Shown: in pieces, positions 26,069 to 40,971 of the stretch | How positions within the stretch are numbered: position 1 is the stretch's first letter | Layout: every line of letters begins with the position of its first letter | Made by a program: the position numbers and the translations under genes | The notes under the pieces: model-generated | What the model was told of the DNA's origin: nothing | The model's input: the letters and a program-made list of their open reading frames with translations, nothing else | Databases searched by the model: none | Assembly: GCA_000004695.1 (NCBI GenBank) | Contig: CM000151.3 | Coordinates: 7,072,001 to 7,136,000, forward strand | Length of the DNA stretch: 64,000 bases | Reading direction: 5' to 3' | From: Dictyostelium discoideum | Lineage: Eukaryota

Positions 26069-27203
26069 TTTTTTTATTTTTTTTAAATTCAATTTAAAAA
26101 AACGTTTAAAATACACACTTTTTTGGTGTGATTAGTTATGAAAAGGTGAAAATTTTAAAAATTGCCCACGTTGCACTGTGTGCACCAATGAAATCATAAA
26201 ATTCCCCAGCCACACCATTTTTTTTTTTTTTTGTAGAAATTTTGACTGGTGTGAATTGGGGGTTTTTTTTTTTTTTTTTTTTTTTTAAAGGTGATTGATA
26301 CTGGTTGGTAAATCATTTTTCAAAAGTTTATTTATATTTATGAAGGGTATTAGTTTAAAAAAATAATAAATATTATTTTAATTGGTTTTTTTTTTTTTTT
26401 TTTTTTTTTATTATTTAGGTTATTAAAATTAATTGATATTGGTTAACCGTTTTTTTTTTTTTTTTTTGAAAGGTTTATTTAGATTTAAATTATGAAGGGT
26501 AATAGTTTAATAAATAATAAATATTATTTTAATTTTTTTTTTTTTTTTATAATCAAAAGTTCTTTTTTTTTTTATTTTTTTTTTTTTTATTTTCAACCAT
26601 TAGAATTCATTAAATAAAATTTTTAATGAATTACTTTAAATTTATTTTTAACCAATTCATTTTTCTTATGAAAACATACCAACATTAATAACCCAAAAAA
26701 ATTTGGGTTTTTTTTTTTATGTGTTTTATTTAAAAATTCTTGAGCTTTCCAAAAATTTATTTTGTGTTATAATAAAGGTAATAACCTTTTTTTTAGATAT
26801 TAAAAAATTATAATTTTTTTTTTTATTGTTTACACCCCTTTTTTTTTAAAGTTTTAAAATTTTTATTTTGGATTAAAAATAATTTTTTTTTTTTTTTTTT
26901 TTTTTTGTTGTTTGTTTTAGAATTAATTTCAAAGATCGCACAATTGTCTGTTAATAAAAATTCCAAATTCAGAAAAATAATTATCTGAAAACATCAAAAT
27001 TTATATCCATGTGCCCCATGGTTGTAAATGACAAACCCCAAACAAAAAAAAGTTTTAGAAATTATTTTTTTTCTTTTAATGGGTGTGTTTTTAAATAAAA
27101 TAAAAAATAAAAAAAAAAATAAAAAAATAATTATAAAAATAATTAAAAAAAACTATTAAATTTTAATAAAAAAAGATAGTATAAATATTCGCATGGGTTG
27201 TTT

Positions 27204-27234
<31 letters not shown>

Positions 27235-27273
27235 AAATTATATTTAAATAATAATAATAATTAATTATAAAAG

Positions 27274-27486
27274 ATGTCCCTTACAGGTGGAGATGCAACT
27301 TTTTTTGATTTTAGCAAACCAATTGATAGTCCAGCACTAAAAGAAAAGCTTTATGGGGTAAAACATAACTATCATCCTCAAGTACATTGTTTTTCAACCT
27401 TTAATGTTGATAACACAATTCCAGATGGTTGTTTTAGAGCTATTATTGTCAACCAAAAAAAGTTGGGAGAAGTATGGTATCCTTAA
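27274..27486 (+). CDS. small hypothetical protein of 70 aa (MSLTGGDATFFDFSKPIDSPALKEKLYGVKHNYHPQVHCFSTFNVDNTIPDGCFRAIIVNQKKLGEVWYP)
   Basis: The amino-acid composition is non-repetitive in otherwise low-complexity DNA. No homolog is recognised. It may be linked to the downstream fragment at 27640–27800. Confidence 0.3.
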   Translation: MSLTGGDATFFDFSKPIDSPALKEKLYGVKHNYHPQVHCFSTFNVDNTIPDGCFRAIIVNQKKLGEVWYP

Positions 27487-27559
27487 GTTGTATACAAAAA
27501 TATTTATAATAATTAATATTTTTTTTTTTCTTTAATAGAGCTGTAAGAATTTATGATAA

Positions 27560-28435
27560 ATCTGATTCCATGGCATAAAATGTGGTGATATTTCTGGTAA
27601 GGTATGTAAAAAGAATCCAAATCTTAAATATGATTCTACACTTATTAAGTTGTCCAAGGAAACAGTATTCAACTTGGAATGTGGAAACCAGGAACATTTG
27701 GTGTTTGGGGTGAAATGTATTCTGTTATTCTCAAAAAAGAAGACTGGGCAGCACATCATCACCTTAGAAATGTTTACTTTTTCTTTGATAATGATGGTGA
27801 TAAATATTGAAATGATGCTAATAGATTAGATTTTTTAGATATGACTTAAATCTAAACTTCTAAATCAAACTTTTAAAAATAAATTTAATTTTACTTTTAT
27901 ATTCTTGAGTCTATCAATTCGAGAGGATATTTTTTTTTTATTTTTTAAAAGTTTAAAAATTTTGGTCCTGAAAAAGTGATTTTCTTTAAAAAATACAATT
28001 CCATTATAATTTGAATAATTAAATCAATTTTTAATTGACTAACCACCACCCGAATATTAAAATCATTTATTAAGATCCAATTCTTAAATTTGATACTCAA
28101 ATTGTAAAGTAACAGTATTCAACTAGGGATGTGGAAACCAGGAATATTTGGTGTTTGGGGTGAGATGTTCTCATAAAAGAAGACTGGGCATCTCGACACA
28201 ATCGTGTAAATTTTTACTTTTTCTTTGATAATGATGGTGATAATTATTTCAATTTAGATGCTAACAGATTGGAGTTTAACTTTCAATCAAACATCATCAT
28301 CAAACATATTTAAAAAAAAATTATGGAATAAATTTAATTGTTTAAATTAATTTTTATCAATTTATATATATTTATATTTTTTATTTGATTTTTATATTTA
28401 ATTTTATATTATTAAGTCGACCAATTCGAGAGGAT

Positions 28436-28472
<37 letters not shown>

Positions 28473-28520
28473 TTAAAAAATTTGGTCTTGTAAAAGTGCA
28501 ACTCTTTAAACTTATACAAT
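27560..28520. repeat. tandem segmental duplication, two units of about 470 bp (27560–28000 and 28040–28520)
   Basis: Both units carry ...cagtattcaact(t/a)gg(a/g)atgtggaaaccaggaa(c/t)atttggtgtttggggtga(a/g)atgt...gaagactgggca...tttttctttgataatgatggtgataa... Both also carry ...caattcgagaggat(a/g)tttttt...aaaagtttaaaaa(t)tttggtc(c/t)tg. Unit 1 has an open frame (…MWKPGTFGVWGEMYSVILKKEDWAAHHHLRNVYFFFDNDGDKY). Unit 2 has an internal deletion and stops. Confidence 0.7.
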
Positions 28521-28695
28521 TAATTGTTTTGTTGGGAATTTCATTATTGTTTGAATTTATTTTTGATCTTTCCATAGTAATTTTAAGTGAAAAAATAAAC
28601 GATTCTATTATTTATTATTTTAAATATAAATATTAGTTTTTTTATTTTTTTTATTTAATTCTATTCTCTAATATATAAAACTTACTAAATATCAT
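28465..28695 (-). CDS. micro-gene family copy I (dispersed copy). Exon 1 at 28695–28686 (atgatattta|gtaagt), exon 2 at 28604–28465. Product: MIFKSFIFSLKITMERSKINSNNNEIPNKTINCISLKSCTFTRPNFLNF.
   Basis: Same architecture about 20 kb from the main cluster. It is embedded in a ~470-bp tandem duplication whose first unit at 27940–28000 carries only a truncated relic. Confidence 0.45.
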
Positions 28696-29218
28696 TCTTT
28701 TTTTAATTGATTATTATTATTTTTTTTTTTATTTATAAATATAATTTTTTTTTTATTTTTTATTGAATTAAAAAAAAAAAAAGTATTCATAACCCACCTG
28801 AAACAAATAAATTTTTTTAATATATAAAATCTGATAAAAAATGTTATCGAAGATTTGTAAAATGGGTGATGATGTTATATCTCTTTTTCATTTTAATTTT
28901 TTAAAAAAAAAAAAAACAATTAAATTTTAAACGAATATATGAAAATGTGAGTTGTAAATGAAAATTAAAAATTTTTATTTTTATTATAAAAAAAAATAAT
29001 AATCTTCCAATTGATTCTATTATTAAAAAAAAAAAAATATCTTATTCCATTGATAAAAATTTTAAAAAAAAAAATATCAAAAGAACTTTATGGTGAAAAA
29101 TAAAAAAAATATCTGATGATGATTTTGTTTTAATTTAAAAAATCAAAAAAAATAATTTTATTTTACATTTTTAAATTAAATTTTTTTATTTTAGTTTGTT
29201 TTATTTTTTTATTTTAAA

Positions 29219-30214
29219 ATGTTTGTAAAATTAATATTTAAATTGTTTTTAATTATATTTTTAATTAGTTTTATTGATTGTTCAAATCAATTAATTTATT
29301 CAATATCTTCGAATTTGAATCCATCAGTTGGTCAAATTATTTATGTAATTAATCCAATAAATAATGAACTATTATCCAATTCAACTACAATTTTAGATTG
29401 TACAATTAATGGAATTGTCTCAATTGATGAAAATCAAATGAATGCAAAAGTATTATGTGGATTTAAAAGCCTAATTTCAATTGATATAAAAAGTGGTGAA
29501 TTTCAAATACTTGGTACAAGTGATTCAATATTACCAACATTTACAACAAAAGCTCAACAATTATTTTATAATAATAATAATAATAATATTTATATGTCTG
29601 TATCAACCAATAAATATAAATCAATTACATTTTTTGATTACAATTTCAATACAAACTTTACAACCATAAATTCACTCCCAACATATGATTATAACTATAT
29701 GATTGACGATACATCAATTTATTCATTTGATTATAGTTTTAATAAAATGTATATTTTATATTCAAGTGAAAGTAATCCAAATAATTGTAATTTACTTTCA
29801 TTCAATGTTAATAATATTCAAAATTCATTAGAAACATTTAAATCAATTAATAATTTAGAGAATGCATTTTCACAACTATTATTTACAAATGACCAAGGAG
29901 AATTATTTTTACTTTATGGTAACCCTGAAACAGACACTTTTGACATTTGTCAATTTTCATTCCAAGAAAATAGCAATGATTGTGAGAATGTTTTATCAAT
30001 TCCTGTTACTCAACTATACCCAAATTTTAACTACTTATTATCTTATTTAAATGATGAAAACCAACATTTTACTATTGTTTTATTATCTGGTGATAATGTA
30101 TCTGTTCAATTTACTACATACTATATTACAAATTTCACTGTTGCTTACCAGTATACTTTAAATAACATTTGGGATAATGGAAATAAACAACAAACTACTT
30201 ATTTTTATTCTTAA
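29219..30214 (+). CDS. secreted hypothetical protein, 331 aa, with a signal peptide and N-glycosylation sites
   Basis: Single ORF with a hydrophobic N-terminus (MFVKLIFKLFLIIFLISFIDC), many NxS/T sites and several Cys. Confidence 0.6.
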   Translation: MFVKLIFKLFLIIFLISFIDCSNQLIYSISSNLNPSVGQIIYVINPINNELLSNSTTILDCTINGIVSIDENQMNAKVLCGFKSLISIDIKSGEFQILGTSDSILPTFTTKAQQLFYNNNNNNIYMSVSTNKYKSITFFDYNFNTNFTTINSLPTYDYNYMIDDTSIYSFDYSFNKMYILYSSESNPNNCNLLSFNVNNIQNSLETFKSINNLENAFSQLLFTNDQGELFLLYGNPETDTFDICQFSFQENSNDCENVLSIPVTQLYPNFNYLLSYLNDENQHFTIVLLSGDNVSVQFTTYYITNFTVAYQYTLNNIWDNGNKQQTTYFYS

Positions 30215-30351
30215 TAAAATTAATAAATAAATAAAAAAAAAAAAAAAAAAAGAAAAAGACCTGGGGGTCAATTTTGTTGTTTTATTTCTTATTTTATTTA
30301 TTATGTTTTTTTATTTTTTATTTTTTTAATATATTTTTTTTATTTATTTAT

Positions 30352-31289
30352 TTATAATTGACTACAACGACAATCACATGAAGTAACTGGACAAATTGAA
30401 TGATCTTTAAACCAATCTAAAATATGTTGAGAATGACCACCATGTCTACAAGTTTGACACCAAGTGAACCAATCTTCAAAAGGTTCAGAACCATTTGACC
30501 AAAGTTGTGAATCATTTGGATTATTAATACTACCACTATTATTTATACCACCACTACTTGCAATACTACCACCACCACTACCAATTGTAGTATTTGATTT
30601 TTTAAATTCAGGTGTTGGTACCATACAATTCAATGGTAATAAACAAAGACAACAACGTGGTAATGACTGTTTACAATGTGGACAAAATGGTACTTTTGCT
30701 TTGAAATTTGGTTTACTACTTGCATTTCTTCCAACGATTGAACTTGCACTAATTGATTCAAAAGCAAAAGAATTTTGACAGAAACCACATTTTGCAAAGA
30801 TTTGTGGAGTTGGTGGTTGATCGATACCACTAATTCTAGTTTGAATATCGAGTATTGCACGTTCATGCCATAATTCCCATTGATCCAATAGATCACTATA
30901 GATGGAAGACCATTTTGAAACTCTTTTATCTCTAAAGAATTTTGGTACAACCAAACTAATTGCTAAAACTGCCGTTTGAATATCACAAGTTCTATCGATA
31001 TAATTTGATAATAAATCTACACCTCTACCTGTTAAACCAGTTAATAATACACCCTTTAAATTACCACATTCTATAACTCGAATTGTATTTCTTTCAACAA
31101 AATGAATTAAATCTTGATAGTCTAAATATTTACAAGAGAAAGCTATCTTATCATCTAAATTAATTCTAGAATCTTCAATGATTGAATAAATATCCTTTGA
31201 ATCTGAATTTGATGCTAAAAATTCTAAACATGTTTTTAAATATGGATTTATAAATGATTTTGCTGTTGATTTACAAGTTTCTTTCCAAA

Positions 31290-31328
<39 letters not shown>

Positions 31329-31699
31329 TTGTTGAACTACCATCAAAACCTGCTAAAGCAATTGATAAAAGTTTTAAACTAAATTCACGATCTTGTCTCA
31401 TTAAATGACCATGATGATTAGTTTGAGTTACTGGATGAATATTATAAGTTGCATTTGTTACTACTAAAATCGCTCTTTTTATATCTAAATGAAATACAGC
31501 AATTGCTGCAGCTCTCTCATATTCTCCACTCTTTTCTAATCTTGATAATATATTCTCCAATGGTAAACTTTGATTAAATCCCCAACCACAAATTGATAAA
31601 CATAAATTTCTATTTGGTGATTTATATATTACAAATCCATTTGATGATTCAACCGTTGAAATATCTTTTTCAATTAAAATATTATAAATTCCATTATAT

Positions 31700-31791
<92 letters not shown>

Positions 31792-31813
31792 ATTATTAAT
31801 ATTATTATTAATA

Positions 31814-31845
<32 letters not shown>

Positions 31846-33764
31846 TATTATTGTTTTTGTTGTTGCTGATGGTGTTATTGGTCCACCTGGTGTTGTAGTT
31901 GAAATACTTGGAGTTGATATTAATGATGATTCTCTCTTAAAATTTTGAATTTGTATTGGAACTTTTTGAATCCATTTCCATAAAAAGTTTATATTTTCAT
32001 CATTAATTTTATTTGCTAAATTTATATTCTCTTCAACATTTGCACTATATCCAAAAATTGCTCTCTCTTTAATTTTTGATGATATATCTTTTTCATATCT
32101 ACCATCATTAATTAAACTAAATAAAATAAAATTTATTAATAATCATTATAATTTAATTATATTATTATTATTATTAATTATTATATACTTTTTATAATTT
32201 AAAATATTTGGTTCTAAAGTTTCACCTTTAGTTGGACCTTCTAAAACATTATTACCAAATGAAAAACAAATACCACCATGTGGTGACCAAGAGATTGGAA
32301 TATTTTCATTTAAAGAAACTACATCAATAACGCCAGAATAGGATACAGTTAACATACGACATTCATTTGTTGGATGCCAAGAGAAAGATGAAACTACATC
32401 GGATGAATGATGAATTTTAGTTGGTTTTGAAATTGTATTGATTGGATCTTGGCTATTATTATTATTACTTGTTGAACGTTTATTTAAATTATTTGATGTA
32501 TTACTACCACTACCACCACCACCAGTACTCAATGTGGTGGATTCCAATTTTGGTGATTTTGAAAATTCAATTGGTGCTTTAATATCCCATAGTTTAATGG
32601 ATGATTTATCCTTACCAACACTTGCCAATACACCTGATCTAGTTGGACACCAATCGATTTGTTGAATGGATTTACAATTACTATTTACAATTATAAGTGG
32701 ATCATCTAAATTTCTAAGATCCCATACTTTTATATGACTATCTTCACTCATCGTTGCTATCCTATTGAAATCGAATGGATCAACACAAACTCCATTCACT
32801 GATTTTTGATGTGCCATTACTGATTGTGAACTATTTACATCTCTAATATCATAAAGTTTTAACCATTTTGATCCTGTACCTACTAATAAACATGATGGAT
32901 TATCTTTTTTTTTTTTTTTTTTTAATAATAACAATTATTAGTTAAAATATATTAAATTATTATTATTATTATTATTATTAATTTTTTATATATTATATAT
33001 ATATTTATATTTACTTGGCAACCATGCTAATGCTAATGTTGCTTCAGATTGTGTAAATTCTGAAATTGGTTGATAAATTGTATCTGTATAATCTGTTGAT
33101 GTACTAAAACTATTATCTGAAATTTGTGATCTAAAAAATATAAAAATGTAAATAAAACTATAATAATAACTTTTAAAAAGAATATAAATAAATATATTTA
33201 CATTATATATGGTTGGTCAATATTATTTTGTTGTTGTTGTAGTTTTGAAATATAATTATTATTATTTTTATGAAGATGATTATTTAAAGTTGTTGATTGT
33301 AAATAATTTATATCCCAAATTAAAGTTGAAGAATCACCTCTTACTTTATCTAAACCAACTGCTAATTGATTTGTATAGATTGGATTCCATGAGATTGCAT
33401 TACATGAACGTGTATGTTTTGGTACTAATTCTTTTAAAATTCTATTTACTGATGAAAAACTTGTTAAAATTGCACGACCACTTGTTAAACCACATGCAAT
33501 TAAATTAGTATCTGATTCGTCTGGACACCATGCCATACATTTCATTAATTGAACATCTGAATTAACTGACATTAATGATATTGTTTTCTTTTCTTGTGGT
33601 ACCCAATCTTTAAAATCAATAATAATAATAATAATAATAATAAAGTTAGTTTAATAATGAGAGGAATAAAATGTTAGAATAACTTACCATCAGGTGGATA
33701 TTCTATATCAAAATTATAAGTTTCCATATATTTTGATGTTATAGATTTTGGTGAATATATATCA

Positions 33765-33843
<79 letters not shown>

Positions 33844-34045
33844 GCTGCTGTATTTGTTGTTGTTGTTGTTGTTGATTATTCTGATTATATTGATTACTAT
33901 TATTTATATTATTTTCATTCTTTTTTTCATTTTTATCTTTAAATTTAAAATTATATAATCTTAAATCATTTGAACCAACAATAAATGAACTTTTATTATG
34001 TGGACTCCATTGAATCAATCTTTTTCTTGTCGATGATTGACTCAT
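30352..34045 (-). CDS. MIOS (GATOR2 complex WD40/RING-like subunit) ortholog, about 1,119 aa. It has 5 exons at 34045–33688, 33607–33202, 33130–33015, 32903–32189 and 32116–30352.
   Basis: Segment-by-segment similarity to human MIOS (recalled from memory). WSPHNKSSFIVGSNDLRLY matches WAPHHVDRFVVCDSELSLY. MKCMAWCPDESDTNLIACGLTSGRAILTS...FVPKHTRSCNAISWNPIYTNQLAVGLDKVRGDSSTLIWDI matches YMKCVAWY...GRVVLTS...FVPKHARQCNTLAWNP...AAGLDKHRADFSVLIWDI. WCPTRSGVLAS, LCGWGFNQSLPLENILSRLEKSGEYERAAAIAVFHLDIKRAI and the C-terminal zinc motif WFTWCQTCRHGGHSQHILDWFKDHSICPVTSCDCRC are present. Donors are GTAAGT, GTAAAT, GTAAAT and GTATAT, and the phases 1, 2, 1, 2 close exactly (3,360 nt). Confidence 0.8.
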
Positions 34046-34515
34046 TTTATGTCTTTTTATGTGTTTTACCTATCTAAAAAAAAAAAAAATATAGATAATT
34101 TATTTAATATATATACAATCACACACAATTTCACACCCGAAAAAAAAAAATTTTAAAATTAAAAAAAAAAAAATCTTTGTTACAATTTTTGAAAAAAAAA
34201 AAAATTAAAAAAAAAAAAAAATTAAAAAAAAAAAAAAAAAATTAAAAAAATTAAAAATACACAGTTAAATAATTATGTGAATCTTTGACCATGATAACAA
34301 GAAATGATTTTAACATAATATCAAAGAAATTAAGTGACAAAGATGATGTAACTTATTTAAAAACACAGTATCCAGAGTAAGTTTTTTTTATTATTATAAT
34401 ATTATTATTATTATTATGATTTTTTTTTTTTTTTATTATTATTATTATAATATATTAACTTATAATAAAAAGTATCTCATATTCAACCTTAATTGCTATA
34501 TTTTCACAAAAAAGA

Positions 34516-35426
34516 ATGAAAATTTATAGACAAATTTGTTATAAGAAAACACCAAATATTAGGCAGTACTATTTATCATTTATGAATAATGGATCAACAT
34601 TTTTAGAATTATCAAGTCAATTAGGATTATCATCAAGTATCTTTGCTAAACAATTACTATCACATATTATTGAAAATGACCAAGATTATCTATTTACCGA
34701 TAATAGCAATAGTATTAGTGGTAGTGGTAGTAGTGGTGGTGAAATCAATGATTCAAAGAAAACAGAAACTGATCTATATAAATTATTAACAGAAATTAAT
34801 GATACTTCCATAATCATTAAAAAGATTTTTAAGAATCCAAATTTAATTGAAAATTTAAAATTAAGGAAAAATATTTATCAGTCAATTTATAATGATGATA
34901 ATTGTTCACCATTGATTAACCAAATTAGATCGTATGTATAATTATAATAATAATAAAATAATTCTAATTCTAATTTTTTTCTTTTTTTTTTTTTTTTTTT
35001 TTTAATTTTTTTTTTTTAATTTTTTTTTATTTTATTTTATTATTATTATAAAATAATATATATAGATCAACAGGATCAGAATATGAATATTTATTACAAG
35101 AAAAATTATTTAAATTGAATATACCATATTTAACAGAGAGTCAATTAAGGAAGGATGGGTATCCAAAAACACCAGATATTAAATTAGAGATTCCAATCTC
35201 TTTTAAAGGATTTGTAATTAATTGGATTGAAAGTAAAGCTTCATTTTGTGATGATAATAATTTAAAAATAACCAGGGATCAAATAATTGGTTATAGAAAT
35301 AGATATGGACCTGGTTTGGCAATTTATTGGTTTGGTTACATTGACGATTTAAATAATTTGCAAGATGATGGTGTGTATATTACTGATAAATTTCCTGAAA
35401 TGGAAGATATCGAAATTCTATATTAG
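34516..35426 (+). CDS. hypothetical protein, at least 2 exons (about 34516–34931 and 35066–35426). A possible additional 5' exon lies at about 34291–34377.
   Basis: The ORF-track segments join through an AGATC|GTATGT donor and a tatatag acceptor with phase 2, giving ...NQIR-S-TGSEYEYLLQEKLFKLNIPY... The upstream exon ATGATAACAAG...CCAGAG|GTAAGT could join at the cag acceptor near 34563 in frame. No family is recognised. Confidence 0.4.
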
Positions 35427-35803
35427 GGGGGGAAAAAAAAAAAAAAAAAAAAAAAAGGGAAAAAATTGGAATTTCCTATTTCCTGGAATATATTTAAAAA
35501 AAAATAAAAAAAATAAAAAAAAATAAAAAAAAAAAAAAAAATTCATTTTTAAAACTTTTTTTTTTTTGTTTTCAATTCATTCCTTTAAAAATTAAAAATA
35601 AATATGTCATAAAAGAAATGAAGTAAGTCTATCTCTTTTTTTTTTTTTTATTTATTTTACTTTTTTTTTTATTTTACTTTTTTTTTTATTTTATTTTATT
35701 TTATTTTTTTTTCGACAATACTGTTTTCCCACCATTTCAATTTAAAAATTTATTCAAATAATACTAACAATAATCCCCCACTCTTTTTACGCCATAAAAA
35801 GAA

Positions 35804-38920
<3,117 letters not shown>

Positions 38921-39034
38921 GGAACCAATGGTTTTATTTTATTTTTTTATTTTTTGGAAGAAAAAAAAATGGAAAAATAAGAGTATGAAAAAAGAAACAC
39001 CCTTTGCTTTTCTCACCTTTCTAGTAAAAAGAAA

Positions 39035-39071
<37 letters not shown>

Positions 39072-39082
39072 GAAAGATAGGT

Positions 39083-39105
39083 TTTGCCTATCAGGCAAAG
39101 CTTTT
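39083..39105 (+). terminator. GC-containing hairpin (ttttgcct-atc-aggcaaag) about 160 nt downstream of the stop at 38920
   Basis: An 8-bp stem with one mismatch and a 3-nt loop. The flanking DNA is almost pure A/T. Confidence 0.25.
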
Positions 39106-39125
39106 GGTTTCCAGCTTATTTATTG

Positions 39126-39160
<35 letters not shown>

Positions 39161-39695
39161 CCCAGATTTATTAAGAATAAAATCAATAAAAAATATATGT
39201 ACATAAAAAAAAAAAAAAAACTTTAAAAGTAATTATTTAAACATTATTTGTTTTATTTTTTTTATTTATTTTTTATTTTTTCGTTTTATTTTTTTTATTT
39301 ATTTTTTATTTTTTTAGTAATTTTATTTAATATGTTAAATTTGGTTTGATTTAAAAATTCAAATTTCCAATTAGATTTGTTGAACTTCGTAGTGATGGTA
39401 AAATAATTTTTTTTTTTTTTTTTTTTTTTTTTCCAAAAAACTAATAATGAATTATGCCAATAGTGTGAAGAATGAATAAATTTAAATTTAAATCCATCAA
39501 CGTAATATTTACACATTCTTTGTTTTTTCCTTTTTTTTTTTCTTTTTCTTTTTTTCTTTTCTTTTTTTTTTGTTTTTTTTTTTTTTTTTTTAAATTTTAA
39601 TTTTTTAATTTTATTTTTTTTTATTTTTATTTTTTTTTTTTGTTTTCATTTTTTTTTATTTTTTTATTTTTTTATTTTTATTTTTATTTTTATTT

Positions 39696-39741
<46 letters not shown>

Positions 39742-40261
39742 TAATATAAAACGAATTAATAATATTAATTTTTCATAAAATTTTAACATTATTTTTTCAA
39801 TCCATTTTATAAAACAAAAATTAATAGAAGACACCTTATAGTAATTATTAAAATAAATAAAAATAAAAAAACAATTTAGTAGCGCAATAACAGTGTCACA
39901 AACAAATACCAATTAGTTTTTCTTTTCTATTTTTGTTTTTTTTTTTACAAAAAAAAAAAAAAAATAAAAATAAATAAAGAAAATAATAAATAGAAAAAAA
40001 AAAAAAACAAGCAAAAACAAAGAGATTAGAAAAAATCAAATTGAAAAAAAAAAAAAACCAATTAATTTGGACAATGCAATCTTGTATGGGCAATAAATTA
40101 TCAAATATTAGCATAAGTGGAACTTCAACAGTTTGAATTGATAAAGTTTAAATAATTAAAAAATCAAATTCATTCATCCTTTTTCTCATTACCTCATTAT
40201 TTCTCTTAAAAAAAAAAAAAACAAAAAAAAAAAAAAAAAAAAAAAAAAGTTTTATAGTAAT

Positions 40262-40366
40262 CAAAATCATAAAAATCATAGTCATAATCATCATATCATA
40301 ATCATAATAATCATAGTCATAAAATCATATTCATAGTCATAATCATAATAATCATAATCAAAATAG
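40262..40366. repeat. degenerate (ATCATA/GTCATA)n hexamer array of about 105 bp, about 170 bp upstream of the ATG at 40533
   Basis: The array reads atcataaaaatcatagtcataatcatcatatcataatcataataatcatagtcataaaatcatattcatagtcataatcataataatcataatc. Confidence 0.8.
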
Positions 40367-40403
40367 AATAATAATATAAAAAAAAAAAAAAAAAAAAAAA
40401 AAC

Positions 40404-40453
<50 letters not shown>

Positions 40454-40462
40454 AAAATTAAT

Positions 40463-40507
<45 letters not shown>

Positions 40508-40532
40508 TTGTTTCACTTTCAAAGCAAACACA

Positions 40533-40917
40533 ATGAACTTAAGTGATAGTGACAATGATACTTTGATAGCATCGTGTTTTGACTTTATTGATGTCGATGA
40601 AAACTATGATAATTCAGAAGATGAAGATGAACAATATAGCAACTCATCTTATAATTCAATGATCCCATTCTTTAAACCAACAACACCAACATCAGTAATT
40701 CCATCATCATCTTCATCTTCTTCTTCATCATCATCATCATCATCTTCTTCTTCAACAACTGCAACAACTGCAACTGCAACCACAACAACCACAACAACCA
40801 CAACAGCAGCAAACAATGTTGATAAAAATAATAAACAATTGAATAATAGTTTAATAAACAATAATAGCAATAACAACAATAACCATAGCAGCAGCAACAA
40901 CATTAGTAAAAATAATA

Positions 40918-40971
<54 letters not shown>

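Noticed and set aside
27532-27762. 76-aa minus-strand ORF
   Set aside because: It is antisense to the duplicated fragment, and its composition looks like a chance ORF.
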